In this document: one piece after another, positions 48,656-58,597 of the stretch
Position numbering within the stretch: the stretch's first letter is position 1
Layout of the letters: each line of letters opens with the position of its first letter
Origin: an uncultured bacterium
Lineage (GTDB): Bacteria > Zhuqueibacterota > QNDG01 > CAYUAG01
DNA length: 64,000 nt
Assembly: GCA_964554015.1 (NCBI GenBank)
Contig: CAZKMO010000003.1
Location: 127-64,126, forward strand
Direction: 5' to 3'
Notes under the pieces: model-generated
Databases searched by the model: none
What the model was told of the DNA's origin: nothing
What the model saw: only the letters and a program-made list of their open reading frames with translations
Position numbers and translations under genes: made by a program

Positions 48656-49498
48656 CTAAATTATCACTTCTTTATGACGGGCAACATGGCACTGCATATT
48701 GACTGCGACCGGAAAACTGGCAATATGACAGGGATGCACTTCTATATGTACAGCCAGAGCAGTGGTGCTGCCTCCGAAACCCTGGGGTCCTATTCCCAAC
48801 TTATTAATCATTTCCAGGAGTTCATCCTCAAGATCAGCATACATTTTATCCGAATTTTTTGAACCCAGGGGTCTAAGCAGAGCTCGTTTAGCAATTTCTG
48901 CGCATTTATCAAATGTTCCGCCAATTCCAACGCCAACCACCACGGGTGGACAGGGATTGGCTCCTGATTTTCTCACTCTTTCCACTACAAATTCTTTAAT
49001 TCCTTCAATTCCAGCAGCCGGAGCCATCATCTTCACCTCACTCATGTTTTCACTACCTCCTCCTTTGGGCGCAAAGGTAATTTTGATTTTTTCTCCGGGT
49101 ACAATGTCAGTATGAATGACAGCCGGAGTATTATCACCAGTGTTATTTCTCTTCAGGGGATCGGCAACCACAGATTTACGAAGATATCCTTCTTGGTAAC
49201 CTTGTCTGACTCCTTCATTTATAGCTTCGATAAAATCTCCTCCGGTCAGGTGAACCTCCTGACCTAATTCAATAAAAAAAACTGCATATCCGGTATCCTG
49301 GCATAACGGTACCTTATCATTCTTGGCAATCTCAATATTTTCCAGTATTTTGCTTATTACTTCCCTGCCGGTGGGTGATTCTTCTTTTTTTTCTCTGTCT
49401 TGCAATGTTTTTATAACAACATCATCCAAATAATAGTTAGCGTCGATACAGAGTTTTTTAACTGCCTGGGTAATGACTGAAACATCAATTTCTCTCAT
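48656..49498 (-). CDS. Class I (Fe-S) fumarate/tartrate hydro-lyase, alpha subunit
   Basis: CQDTGYAVFF motif with cluster-ligating cysteines. Confidence 0.85.
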   Translation of the reverse strand: MREIDVSVITQAVKKLCIDANYYLDDVVIKTLQDREKKEESPTGREVISKILENIEIAKNDKVPLCQDTGYAVFFIELGQEVHLTGGDFIEAINEGVRQGYQEGYLRKSVVADPLKRNNTGDNTPAVIHTDIVPGEKIKITFAPKGGGSENMSEVKMMAPAAGIEGIKEFVVERVRKSGANPCPPVVVGVGIGGTFDKCAEIAKRALLRPLGSKNSDKMYADLEDELLEMINKLGIGPQGFGGSTTALAVHIEVHPCHIASFPVAVNMQCHVARHKEVII

Positions 49499-49690
49499 GT
49501 ATTACTCCTTTATATACTTGAAGGTACCTTAATTTTTCTTGTTTAGTCTATTATTGTTCCATCGGAATCGGGATCGATATCGCAATCGTTATTATGATTA
49601 ACTTAATGACTAGGAAATTTTTCTTATGCATGAAATATTTTTCCTTTTTTCAATGCCGATTCCGATACCGACTTTAAATTAAAAAATATT

Positions 49691-51379
49691 TCAAACCGCT
49701 TTATACGGAATATATTCCGGTTTATACATTTTGCTTTTCATAAACTCAAGAATATCTTTTGGTTCTTTCTCCCAGGCTAATCCCTGAGAATAGGCAACTT
49801 GGGCCACTGAAACCGCAATATGGGCCGATATTTCCCGAATATCATCTAAATCAGGATATACCTTTCCTTTTAGCAATGATTTTTTTTCTACCCTTCCTGC
49901 CAAGGTTTTGGCTGCCGCATAAAACATGGAATTGGTAATTCGAGTTGCTTCACATACTATTGCTCCTAAACCCAGTCCAGGAAAAATATACATGTTATTT
50001 CCTTGACCGGTTTCATAGGTCTTTCCCTTATATTTTAGGGGCGGAAAAGGACTCCCGCTGGCATAGATTACCTTCCCATTTGTCCATTTATAGGCTTGTT
50101 CCGGAGTGCATTCACTTTTCGAGGTCGGGTTTGATAAAGCAAAAATTATGGGCCGGTCCACATGCTTATTCATTTCACTTACTACTTCCTGATTGAATGC
50201 TCCTGTTTGGGTGCTAACTCCGATTAAAACCGTTGGCTTAACCGTCTTGACTACCTGTAACAGGTCCAGAGTGTCCAAATCATTTCTGGCATAAGGAATT
50301 TTATGTTCAGCCAGTGTTCCCTTTCGTTTCATACTGACCAATCCTTTGCTATCCAATAACCAGAATTGTTTGCGGGCATCTGCTCGGCATAATCCTTCTT
50401 CCACCATGCCGGCAACAATAAGATCTGCAATACCAATGGAAGCAGATCCAGCCCCATAGAAAACAATTCTTTGATCCTTAAGTTTCTGATCAGTAATCCG
50501 CATGGCCGCCAATAAACCAGCCAGGGCTACGCTACCGGTCCCCTGAATATCATCATTGAAGCAGAGAAGCTTATTCCGGTAACGATTGAGGAGTAAAAAA
50601 GCATTGTCATTGCTAAAATCTTCAAACTGAACCAGGGCTCGAGGCCATCTGTCATGTATGGTTGCCATACATTCATCCATAACTTCAAGAAAATCATTAC
50701 CGGTTAAGCGGAGATGCTTTTCACCCAGATATAAAGGATCATGAAGGAATTTCTCATTATTGGTACCGACATCCACCACAATGGGAAGTGTTTTGCAGGG
50801 ATATAATCCAGCACAGGCAACATAAAGAGCCAGCTTGCCAATGGGAATCCCTATTCCATTTACTCCCAGATCACCTAACCCTAATATCCGGCTTCCATCT
50901 GTTATGACAATTATATCAATTCTATCTTCTGGCCAATTATTTATTCTTTTTTTAATATCACCCTTGGCATTAGATGATATATACATTCCCCGGGGTCTTC
51001 TGTATATATGTCCGTATTCCTGACAAGCTTCACCTACAGTGGGTGTATAGATTATGGGAGTCATTTCTTCCAAATTCTCCAAAATCAACCGGTAATACAG
51101 AATCTCATTACGATCATGAAGTGCTTCTAAGAAGATATATTTTCCCAGATTAGTATCTTTACGGTTATAATTTTCCTTGGCTCGATTCAATTGTTGTTCT
51201 ATAGTGGACTGATGAGGAGGAATCAAACCAAACAAATTTAGTTCTTCCCGTTCGGAATTTGAAAAAGCAGTTCCTTTATTCAGCAGAGGATCTCTGATTA
51301 TATCCAATCCTCGTCTAGTAATAGGAAAGTACTTTAGCCTCTGTTCATCAACTTCAAATCTTTTTAATTCTTGGTTCAT
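49691..51379 (-). CDS. NAD(P)-dependent malic enzyme
   Basis: IYTPTVGEACQEYG, FNDDIQGTGSVALAGLL. Confidence 0.9.
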   Translation of the reverse strand: MNQELKRFEVDEQRLKYFPITRRGLDIIRDPLLNKGTAFSNSEREELNLFGLIPPHQSTIEQQLNRAKENYNRKDTNLGKYIFLEALHDRNEILYYRLILENLEEMTPIIYTPTVGEACQEYGHIYRRPRGMYISSNAKGDIKKRINNWPEDRIDIIVITDGSRILGLGDLGVNGIGIPIGKLALYVACAGLYPCKTLPIVVDVGTNNEKFLHDPLYLGEKHLRLTGNDFLEVMDECMATIHDRWPRALVQFEDFSNDNAFLLLNRYRNKLLCFNDDIQGTGSVALAGLLAAMRITDQKLKDQRIVFYGAGSASIGIADLIVAGMVEEGLCRADARKQFWLLDSKGLVSMKRKGTLAEHKIPYARNDLDTLDLLQVVKTVKPTVLIGVSTQTGAFNQEVVSEMNKHVDRPIIFALSNPTSKSECTPEQAYKWTNGKVIYASGSPFPPLKYKGKTYETGQGNNMYIFPGLGLGAIVCEATRITNSMFYAAAKTLAGRVEKKSLLKGKVYPDLDDIREISAHIAVSVAQVAYSQGLAWEKEPKDILEFMKSKMYKPEYIPYKAV

Positions 51380-51532
51380 GTAACTCCTTTAAAATAGAGT
51401 GAAAAATTATTTATTATGCCACGGTTTGATACAGATAAAATTCAGAAATAATATTAAAGAATAAATAATTACAGAATAAATCCCTGTACATCTGTGGCAA
51501 ATTCACAAAAATTATATATAGAGCGAACATTT

Positions 51533-52195
51533 TTACAACCATTCCACCACTTTTTTTACTAATTTCTCAATTCCTGGGGCAATATCAGCTATTCCGGGAC
51601 CAAGCATATAGGCAGGTGTGGATACAATTCTGTGGTTTTCATCAACAGCTATCTCATCAACTTTACATGGTTTATGTTTTGCCCGAAAAAACTCTATATC
51701 TGAAGCTGTTTTACTGTCATTACCAATAGTAAGTAGAGGATGAATATCAGTATCTTTTAAGGCAACTGCTACTAAAATGGGAGCGATACACATTACTCCC
51801 AGAGGTTTTCTTGCTAGCACGGTATTATGAATGATATTTTTAACATCAGGATCAATAATACAATTGCGTCCTTTCACATCATAATCACTTAAATTTGTAG
51901 CTGCTCCTGCTCCACCGGGCAGAATTAAACCATCGAAATCATTAACGGATACTGAAGTTAAATTCCGTACCTCACCCCTGGCTATTCTGGCTGATTCTAT
52001 CAGTGTATTTCGCTTTTCCGACATTTCATTTTTGGAATTATGATTAATTACCTGGAATTGATTTTTATCTGGTGCAACGGGAATAACATCAACAATTTTT
52101 TTATTCAAAAAATATAAAGTCAGGGTTGCTTCCTGAATTTCTGATCCATCAAAAACTCCACAACCACTTAATAAAACACCAACTTTTTTATTCAT
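51533..52195 (-). CDS. DJ-1/PfpI superfamily protein, ElbB-like
   Basis: VGVLLSGCGVFDGSEIQEA N-terminus typical of ElbB. Confidence 0.7.
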   Translation of the reverse strand: MNKKVGVLLSGCGVFDGSEIQEATLTLYFLNKKIVDVIPVAPDKNQFQVINHNSKNEMSEKRNTLIESARIARGEVRNLTSVSVNDFDGLILPGGAGAATNLSDYDVKGRNCIIDPDVKNIIHNTVLARKPLGVMCIAPILVAVALKDTDIHPLLTIGNDSKTASDIEFFRAKHKPCKVDEIAVDENHRIVSTPAYMLGPGIADIAPGIEKLVKKVVEWL

Positions 52196-52235
52196 AACCT
52201 TTATCTCTATTAAAAAAATTGTTTTCTAAATATAT

Positions 52236-52265
52236 AAAGCCTAATATTCCAAACTATTAGGCTTT
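52236..52265 (-). terminator. Terminator hairpin closing the Hdr-like operon
   Basis: Perfect 11-bp inverted repeat AAAGCCTAATA / TATTAGGCTTT with an 8-nt loop, followed by a T-rich tract; 29 nt downstream of the last MvhD stop. Confidence 0.5.
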
Positions 52266-52293
52266 ATTTATGCTTATCCCTTTTTCGCTTATT

Positions 52294-52719
52294 TTAAATA
52301 AAAATTTTTCTTTTTGCCGGATTTTCACCCATATTTTTTATTTTTTGGGTAAATTCGGTAGTAACTTTGACAAATCGAGCCCCTTCTGCAGCAGAAATCC
52401 AGGCTAATTTCAGTCGTTCAGATTCCAATCCCAGGCACTCAAAAATTTTAGATAAAATAATAAATCTCCGTCGTGTATGGTAATTCCCGGATTGATAATG
52501 ACAATCTCCCGGGTGACATCCTCCGATTAATACCCCATCTGCTCCATGAAAAAACGATTTCACCAGAAAGACCGGATTCACTCTGCTGGAACACATAACC
52601 CGGATTGGTAAAATGGAAGGAGGGTATTTCATACGACTGGTTCCGGCCAGATCGGCTCCAGAATATGTACACCACTTACATAGAAAACTTACTATTTTTG
52701 GCGTAAAATCTGATGTCAT
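52294..52719 (-). CDS. MvhD-like (methyl-viologen-reducing hydrogenase delta subunit / FlxD-type) [2Fe-2S] protein
   Basis: FLCKWCTYSGADLAG...IRVMCSSRVNP...GADGVLIGGCHPGDCHY. Confidence 0.8.
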   Translation of the reverse strand: MTSDFTPKIVSFLCKWCTYSGADLAGTSRMKYPPSILPIRVMCSSRVNPVFLVKSFFHGADGVLIGGCHPGDCHYQSGNYHTRRRFIILSKIFECLGLESERLKLAWISAAEGARFVKVTTEFTQKIKNMGENPAKRKIFI

Positions 52720-52763
52720 TATTATTTATCTCCTCTAAATACGTTAGTTAATAAAATTTATTC

Positions 52764-53891
52764 TTATTCTTCTCCGATTTCTTCAAATTCCTCTTCTTTG
52801 AATATAGTTACCGGCACCTGTTCATTTACATCTCTTCCCGGTATATATTCAAATATTTCCGCTACTTTTTCACCACATTTTCTAAAAATTACTGAAACTG
52901 GTATATCAGACGGGCATACTTCCGTACATTGACCACAGCCAATACAAGAAAAACTCATATGGCTTAATCTTCCTATTTGATACAATATGGTATCCGAGGG
53001 AAGCCGCAGTCCTCCCTTGCGGGATAATTCCTGTTCCATTATAGTATTGTCATAGTCATAGGTAGAGGACTCAAAATCGCAGAGTACACAATAGCATATG
53101 GGACAGACCCGGCTGCAGGCATGACATCCAATACATCTGCCAAATACATCTATCATACCGTCTAACCCGGTATCTTGTATTTTAATCTGTTTAAAAAGCT
53201 CCTCTTTATATTTTTTTCTTCTTTCCCTAATCTGATCATAACCAGTTCTATCAAATTCATCCTCTGTTTTTTCTACTTCAAATCCCTGAAGTATTTCTTT
53301 GGCCTTATCCGAATGTAAAAATATCTTGCAGGTACTATCAGCACCTGTTTCTCCTAGCAGGGAAACCGTTGCATCAGCATTAAAGGGAACAAAATATTCA
53401 CACGCTTTGCATATTTCTCTGATATGCTCAAACTCATTACCGGCGGCAACCGTTTTCCCATAATCAGGGAGCATGGTATCGACTTTATTTTCAACCGTTG
53501 CGGTTAAGGGTAAAGCTCCTCCGCAGGTATAAGAAATTAAGAGAAAATTTTCTAATTTTCCCTGGGAGCGCTTCACTAGTTCAATAAAAGAACGCAGTTC
53601 ACAGGGTTTTATCACTGCTGCTACCGGCATTTCCATTTTAATCATATTGGAAAGCATTTTACCAGCATTAACCGGCATCAAAGGATGTAAAGGTACTACA
53701 TCATGCAATAATTCCGGATCTGTTATCAGGGCATAATCAAATTTGCCCTGTTTTTTTGTTTTACGCAAACTACACACGCCACTCACTTTCTTATTTTTCA
53801 GCAGGTAGGTTAATAAATCAATTAATCCCGCTTCCGTACTCTTTTTTATGGTTAACACCTGATCCATACCTAATCTCCTATGCTTCTGCAT
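52764..53891 (-). CDS. FrhB/FdhB-like flavo-iron-sulfur subunit with a C-terminal 2x[4Fe-4S] ferredoxin (paralog 2)
   Basis: Paralog of the next gene; CKACEYF block comparable to FrhB CKICKDY; CIGCHACSRVCPICYC and CIGCGQCTEVCP. Confidence 0.55.
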   Translation of the reverse strand: MQKHRRLGMDQVLTIKKSTEAGLIDLLTYLLKNKKVSGVCSLRKTKKQGKFDYALITDPELLHDVVPLHPLMPVNAGKMLSNMIKMEMPVAAVIKPCELRSFIELVKRSQGKLENFLLISYTCGGALPLTATVENKVDTMLPDYGKTVAAGNEFEHIREICKACEYFVPFNADATVSLLGETGADSTCKIFLHSDKAKEILQGFEVEKTEDEFDRTGYDQIRERRKKYKEELFKQIKIQDTGLDGMIDVFGRCIGCHACSRVCPICYCVLCDFESSTYDYDNTIMEQELSRKGGLRLPSDTILYQIGRLSHMSFSCIGCGQCTEVCPSDIPVSVIFRKCGEKVAEIFEYIPGRDVNEQVPVTIFKEEEFEEIGEE

Positions 53892-55026
53892 CCTCTACCA
53901 GCTCTTGAATTCCTTTAACTTCCTCCAGTTTAAACGTTTTGAGAGGAATAGGTTCACCCTTATTTTCCCCGCTGGAATAACTGAATTGCTTCTGGGTATT
54001 ATGAGCTACATAACTGAAAATTTCTGCAACCGGAATTGATACTGGACAGGCATCTGTGCATAAACCGCAGGAAACACAGGAAAGACTCATATGCGACATT
54101 CGTCCCACCTGAAACATTATTCTGTTTTGCGGTAAAGAGATACTCCCTCTTTTTTTTGCCTTTAACATCGTTAAGTCGGTTCCAGAAGTTACCGATTCTG
54201 AATCAAAATAACACTGACGGCAGTAACAAATCGGACAGGCACTTTGGCAATTATGACATCCTATACAATCAGAAAAAGTGGCAAGCAAACTGTTGAATCC
54301 TTCCACCATCTTTTTTATTTGGGTAAACCTTCCTTTTTTCTGAGCTGCACGTTTATCTTTTATTTCTTGGATACCGTTAGCCCATGCTGATACAGTGTGG
54401 GAAGCTTCCATACCAATTTCTTTTAATACCAGATTACCTCTATTACTATTGGCTATTAAAAACATAGTATTATTTTGATCATGAAATAAGGTAAAATGCA
54501 GATCACTGACCGGCAGTAGAGAAAATTGATCGCATATCTTACATACTGGTTTTATGGATTTATTCTGAAAATCCAATTTTTTTAAAATATCGTTAAATTT
54601 TTTCTCCCCCTTTTCCGGATCATTCAGATAATCTTCCATGGGTAAAGCACCCGGACAATCATAACTAATGAGAGTAACATTTTCCAAATTAACCTGATTC
54701 AATTTTGAAAGTTCGATAGTTGCCCTGATTTCACACGGCCTCATTAAGGCAGCAATTTTAAGCATAGATTGTCCTTTACGGGAAAAGCTGCTCAAGGCCC
54801 TGGCTCCCTGTATAGGCATTATGGGCGCTGCTGGATCAGCTTCAGTCAGTAATTTTTCATCTTTTACCAGAATCCAGGCATAGGAATCCTTAGCCGGTAC
54901 TCTCATAGGAACCAGTACGGCATCAACAGATTTACTCTGTAGCATCTTTTTTAAAATATCCACTATGGAATCTCTATAATCCTTATTTGAAGAAATTTTC
55001 ACTCCCTTAGTTTGGATTTTCTTCAT
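53878..55026 (-). CDS. FrhB/FdhB-like flavo-iron-sulfur subunit with a C-terminal 2x[4Fe-4S] ferredoxin (paralog 1)
   Basis: N-terminal SIVDILKKMLQSKSVDAVLV resembles FrhB GGIVTGLL...GAVV; CKICDQF as in FrhB; CIGCHNCQSACPICYC and CVSCGLCTDACP. Confidence 0.55.
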   Translation of the reverse strand: MKKIQTKGVKISSNKDYRDSIVDILKKMLQSKSVDAVLVPMRVPAKDSYAWILVKDEKLLTEADPAAPIMPIQGARALSSFSRKGQSMLKIAALMRPCEIRATIELSKLNQVNLENVTLISYDCPGALPMEDYLNDPEKGEKKFNDILKKLDFQNKSIKPVCKICDQFSLLPVSDLHFTLFHDQNNTMFLIANSNRGNLVLKEIGMEASHTVSAWANGIQEIKDKRAAQKKGRFTQIKKMVEGFNSLLATFSDCIGCHNCQSACPICYCRQCYFDSESVTSGTDLTMLKAKKRGSISLPQNRIMFQVGRMSHMSLSCVSCGLCTDACPVSIPVAEIFSYVAHNTQKQFSYSSGENKGEPIPLKTFKLEEVKGIQELVEDAEA

Positions 55027-55037
55027 CGAGTGCTCCT

Positions 55038-56726
55038 TTAACTGATGGCTTCTTTCATTTCTTGGTGTATCTGAATAGTAGTAAAATGTTTAGCACGAAT
55101 AGCACCGGAGGGACAACTCCCCACACAATTACCACATCCCCGACAAATTGCCTCATTAACAACACATATTCCCCGCTCAGGATCAAAAGTAATGGCTCCG
55201 TAACAACATACCTCCCTACAGGTCTGGCATCCCATACAGAAATCTGGGATAATTTCAGAAACCTTTACTTCAGGAATTATCTTCTCACCCGGTATCAATT
55301 GAGTCACTATCTTTCCCTGTACTGCTTTGGCCTGCAATACTGACTCTGATATGCCCTGGGGTCCATGACATCCTCCGGCTATATAAATTCCTTCTAAGGA
55401 AGTTCCTATCGGATTAAGCTGAGAATGCGCTTCCTGAAAAAATTTTGTTGGATGTAAAGGTACATTCAAAAGTTCGGCTAATTCTTCTGTGCCTTCTGCA
55501 GGTACCATGGCAGGGGCAAGAATAATCATATCCAGATCCGCTTCTTTTTTACTCCCATTGACTTCTGTATAGGTGATGTGGGTTTTTTTAGTTGTTATAT
55601 CACTGATGCGTATAAAATCCACCTTCTTTTTTGCCATAGTATCAAAATATTCCTGATCGTATTTATGGGGAAGACATAGATCCTTATAAAAATCTTTGAT
55701 TAAAATAGTATCAGACTGATCTTTTAAATAGGATATAATTTTTAACATATAATTACAGCAAATCCGAGAGCAATACCCTCTATCCTCTCTTCCCACACAA
55801 TGTATCAATCCCACGGATTTGGGCTCTTTTCCTGATTTAAGCACAATTTTACCCTTTGCTTTCATCATTTGTTCAATTTCCAGGGCAGTATAGACATTAT
55901 CATCTTTACCATAAGCATGCTTTTTCAATTTTTCTGTTGGCATTAAGGCAAAACCAGTAGCAAGCACAATAGCACCGACTACAAATTCATTTGCGGTTTG
56001 ATCCTTTTTTGTACTTTTTACTGTTACTTCGAAATTACCAAAAAAACCTACGGCATTTTCTAATTTTGAGTCAGTAAAAACTTCTATATTTTCATTTTCC
56101 TGTATGGCAGTAATTTTCTTTGCCACCAAATCAGTATTATTCTCCTGACGGGGCAATAAATTTTTAAATGACTGGGCATTACCCCCTAAAATAGAATTTT
56201 TCTCAACCAGATACACTCTTCTTTGTTTACTGGCCAGAGAAAGTGCTGTTTCCATTCCCGTTATTCCACCTCCGATAACCAGAACATTGGGATTACTGTC
56301 CAGTTGTTTCTCTATAAGGACAGATTGATGTAAAACCCGGTTTATGGCAGCTTTAATGTAACTAATTGCTTTCTCAGTAGCTTTCTTTTTATCAGGTATC
56401 ATCCAGGCGCATTGTTCCCGGATATTAACCATTTTATACAAATAAGGATTTAACTTGGTTTTTTTGCAGATATTAATAAAGGTAATCTCATGATCCCGGG
56501 GAGAACAGGCGGCAATAACCAGGTGAGTTAATTCATTATCTTTTATCTCCTTTTCTAGATACTCCTTGCCTTCATTAGAACAAAGCAGTTTATAGGGTTT
56601 GATAATTAATTGTTTATTTTTATAATCTTCCGATGATGATATTCTTTCTATAACTTCATCTATATTAATATTATCTGCGATATTGGGACCGCATTCACAT
56701 ATATAAATACCGATTTTCGTACTCAT
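55038..56726 (-). CDS. HdrA-like FAD flavoprotein, long form (N-terminal Cys domain, thioredoxin-reductase-like FAD domain, CSRICC motif, two C-terminal 4Fe-4S motifs)
   Basis: IGIYICECGPNI N-terminus; VLVIGGGITGMETALSLA; GYCSRICCNYM; CMGCQTCREVC and CRGCGNCVGSCP. Confidence 0.8.
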   Translation of the reverse strand: MSTKIGIYICECGPNIADNINIDEVIERISSSEDYKNKQLIIKPYKLLCSNEGKEYLEKEIKDNELTHLVIAACSPRDHEITFINICKKTKLNPYLYKMVNIREQCAWMIPDKKKATEKAISYIKAAINRVLHQSVLIEKQLDSNPNVLVIGGGITGMETALSLASKQRRVYLVEKNSILGGNAQSFKNLLPRQENNTDLVAKKITAIQENENIEVFTDSKLENAVGFFGNFEVTVKSTKKDQTANEFVVGAIVLATGFALMPTEKLKKHAYGKDDNVYTALEIEQMMKAKGKIVLKSGKEPKSVGLIHCVGREDRGYCSRICCNYMLKIISYLKDQSDTILIKDFYKDLCLPHKYDQEYFDTMAKKKVDFIRISDITTKKTHITYTEVNGSKKEADLDMIILAPAMVPAEGTEELAELLNVPLHPTKFFQEAHSQLNPIGTSLEGIYIAGGCHGPQGISESVLQAKAVQGKIVTQLIPGEKIIPEVKVSEIIPDFCMGCQTCREVCCYGAITFDPERGICVVNEAICRGCGNCVGSCPSGAIRAKHFTTIQIHQEMKEAIS

Positions 56727-56743
56727 ATTGTTTACCTCTCCCT

Positions 56744-58030
56744 TTATCCTAATAATGAAAATACTTCTCCGACTGCAGATTCTGCCTGAATAACAGAATC
56801 CTCAATATCTTTGGGCCCTTCTGCGCAGCCAACAGTGAAAATTCCATCCACAGAGGTTTGAACCGTACCGATATACCCTTTCCGGGTTTGAAAAAATCCC
56901 TTGCGGTCACGTTCAATGCCTAAGATATCGGCAAGCTCTTTTGATGTTTTTGCCGGAACCAGAGCACAGGAAAGAATTACCATATCTACGTTCAGGGAAT
57001 TCTTAGAACCTTTGCCAGCAGTTAATTTAACCTGTAATTTTCCGTTATTCCCGGCTATTTGTACAATATCCGGGGCAGACTGAAAAATAAAAGTACTATT
57101 GGAATCTTTTATTTTATTATAAAAGCTCTGATAGCTTTTATTAGGAACACATATATCAGAATAAATATTATATACCGTTGCCTCCGGCAATTTATCTTTT
57201 ATAAAATGGGCATATTTAAAGGAATACATACAACAGACCCCGGAACAATACCCCAGCTCTTTTCTGCCTATACAATGGACTATTGCTACTGAATCAGGTA
57301 ATTTTTTCCCTTTCCGGAGTAACAGTTCACCTGAAGTGGGGCCATTAGAAGCATAGAGTCTCTCGAATTCCATGGAGGTGTAAACATTAGGTAATGTACC
57401 ATATCCAAAAGCAGAAAGTAGCTTACCTCCATATAAATCAAATCCGGTGGCGATTATAATTGCCCCAACCTCGATTTTTACCTGTTCATCCTTATCAGAA
57501 AAATTAATAGCCCCAAACATACAAGCTTCCGCACAGGCATTACAGCTTTTTTTTCCGGATAATCGTAAACAATGCCCGGAATTAATAGCAGGGACATTAG
57601 GAAGGGAACCGTCACAGGGTACATAAATAGCCTTCTTTTTGCCCAGATTTTCTTCCCATTCATTCTGTAAACTAACCGGACAGGGTTCATAGCAGGCTCC
57701 GCATCCAATGCATTCTGTCAAACTTACATATCTAGCTTTTTTATTGATGGTGACAGTAAAATTGCCAACTTGACCGTTAACAGCCTTAACTTCACTTAAA
57801 GTCATAACTTCAATATTATCATTTTGCAGTACATCCTGCTGTACAGGGGCTACCATACAGGTTGAACATTCTAAATTGGGAAAGCTTTCCTCGTTTTTTA
57901 TGGTATTTCCTCCAATGATGGGAAGTTTTTCAACCAGGACAACTTTCTTGCCGGCCTTGGCAAGCATAAGACTTGCCTGCATACCGGCTATTCCTGCTCC
58001 AATTATAAGAACATTATTTGAGTTACTCAT
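56744..58030 (-). CDS. HdrA-like FAD flavoprotein, short form (QmoA-like, inserted ferredoxin only)
   Basis: VLIIGAGIAGMQASLMLA; CIGCGACYEPCP; GYCSGVCCMYS. Confidence 0.75.
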   Translation of the reverse strand: MSNSNNVLIIGAGIAGMQASLMLAKAGKKVVLVEKLPIIGGNTIKNEESFPNLECSTCMVAPVQQDVLQNDNIEVMTLSEVKAVNGQVGNFTVTINKKARYVSLTECIGCGACYEPCPVSLQNEWEENLGKKKAIYVPCDGSLPNVPAINSGHCLRLSGKKSCNACAEACMFGAINFSDKDEQVKIEVGAIIIATGFDLYGGKLLSAFGYGTLPNVYTSMEFERLYASNGPTSGELLLRKGKKLPDSVAIVHCIGRKELGYCSGVCCMYSFKYAHFIKDKLPEATVYNIYSDICVPNKSYQSFYNKIKDSNSTFIFQSAPDIVQIAGNNGKLQVKLTAGKGSKNSLNVDMVILSCALVPAKTSKELADILGIERDRKGFFQTRKGYIGTVQTSVDGIFTVGCAEGPKDIEDSVIQAESAVGEVFSLLG

Positions 58031-58047
58031 TTTAAAATCTCCCTTTT

Positions 58048-58497
58048 TTAATAATAGGGATTTTCATTCAAAGGATTGGGACCTAACTTTTTAATTTTTT
58101 CCGTAAAACTGTTAACTACATCAGCATATCTATTACCTTCTGAGGCTGATATCCAGGCTAATTGAAGCCGCTCCGGATCAATTTTAAGTGTTTTAAACAC
58201 ACTCTTCAACATTGCATATCTGCGGCGGGTATAATAATTCCCCTTATCATAATGACAGTCACCTGGATGACATCCACCAATTAATATACCATCCGCTCCA
58301 TTGAAAAAAGTGGTTAATACCAAATTAAAATCAATCCGACTGGAACACATTACCCGAATAACAGTTAAATTAGGAGCAATCTCCAATTTGGAAGAGCCTG
58401 CTAAGTCCGCGGCTGCATAAGTACACCAATTACATAGGTACCCTACTATTTTGGGAGTAAATTTTTCTTTTCCATTAGATTCCATTTTAAATCCCAT
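58048..58497 (-). CDS. MvhD-like [2Fe-2S] protein
   Basis: YLCNWCTYAAADLAG...IRVMCSSRID...GGCHPGDCHY. Confidence 0.8.
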   Translation of the reverse strand: MGFKMESNGKEKFTPKIVGYLCNWCTYAAADLAGSSKLEIAPNLTVIRVMCSSRIDFNLVLTTFFNGADGILIGGCHPGDCHYDKGNYYTRRRYAMLKSVFKTLKIDPERLQLAWISASEGNRYADVVNSFTEKIKKLGPNPLNENPYY

Positions 58498-58597
58498 TTA
58501 AAAATAAATTAAAATTATATTTCAAACTATTATTTAGTTACAAGAAAGAATCCTTCTTTTATGAAATATATAATATACAGGGTTAATTTATCGTATA

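Noticed and set aside
49606-49677. 23-codon plus-strand mini-ORF (MTRKFFLCMKYFSFFQCRFRYRL) inside the inverted-repeat region
   Set aside because: No RBS, opposite strand to all neighbours, low-complexity translation; more likely part of a structured non-coding element.
42732-58030. Selenocysteine (in-frame TGA) in the FdhA-like, HdrA-like or MvhD-like genes
   Set aside because: All of these are uninterrupted single ORFs with no adjacent same-frame fragments split at a TGA, and no SECIS-like hairpin was noticed. Only Cys-type enzymes are supported.
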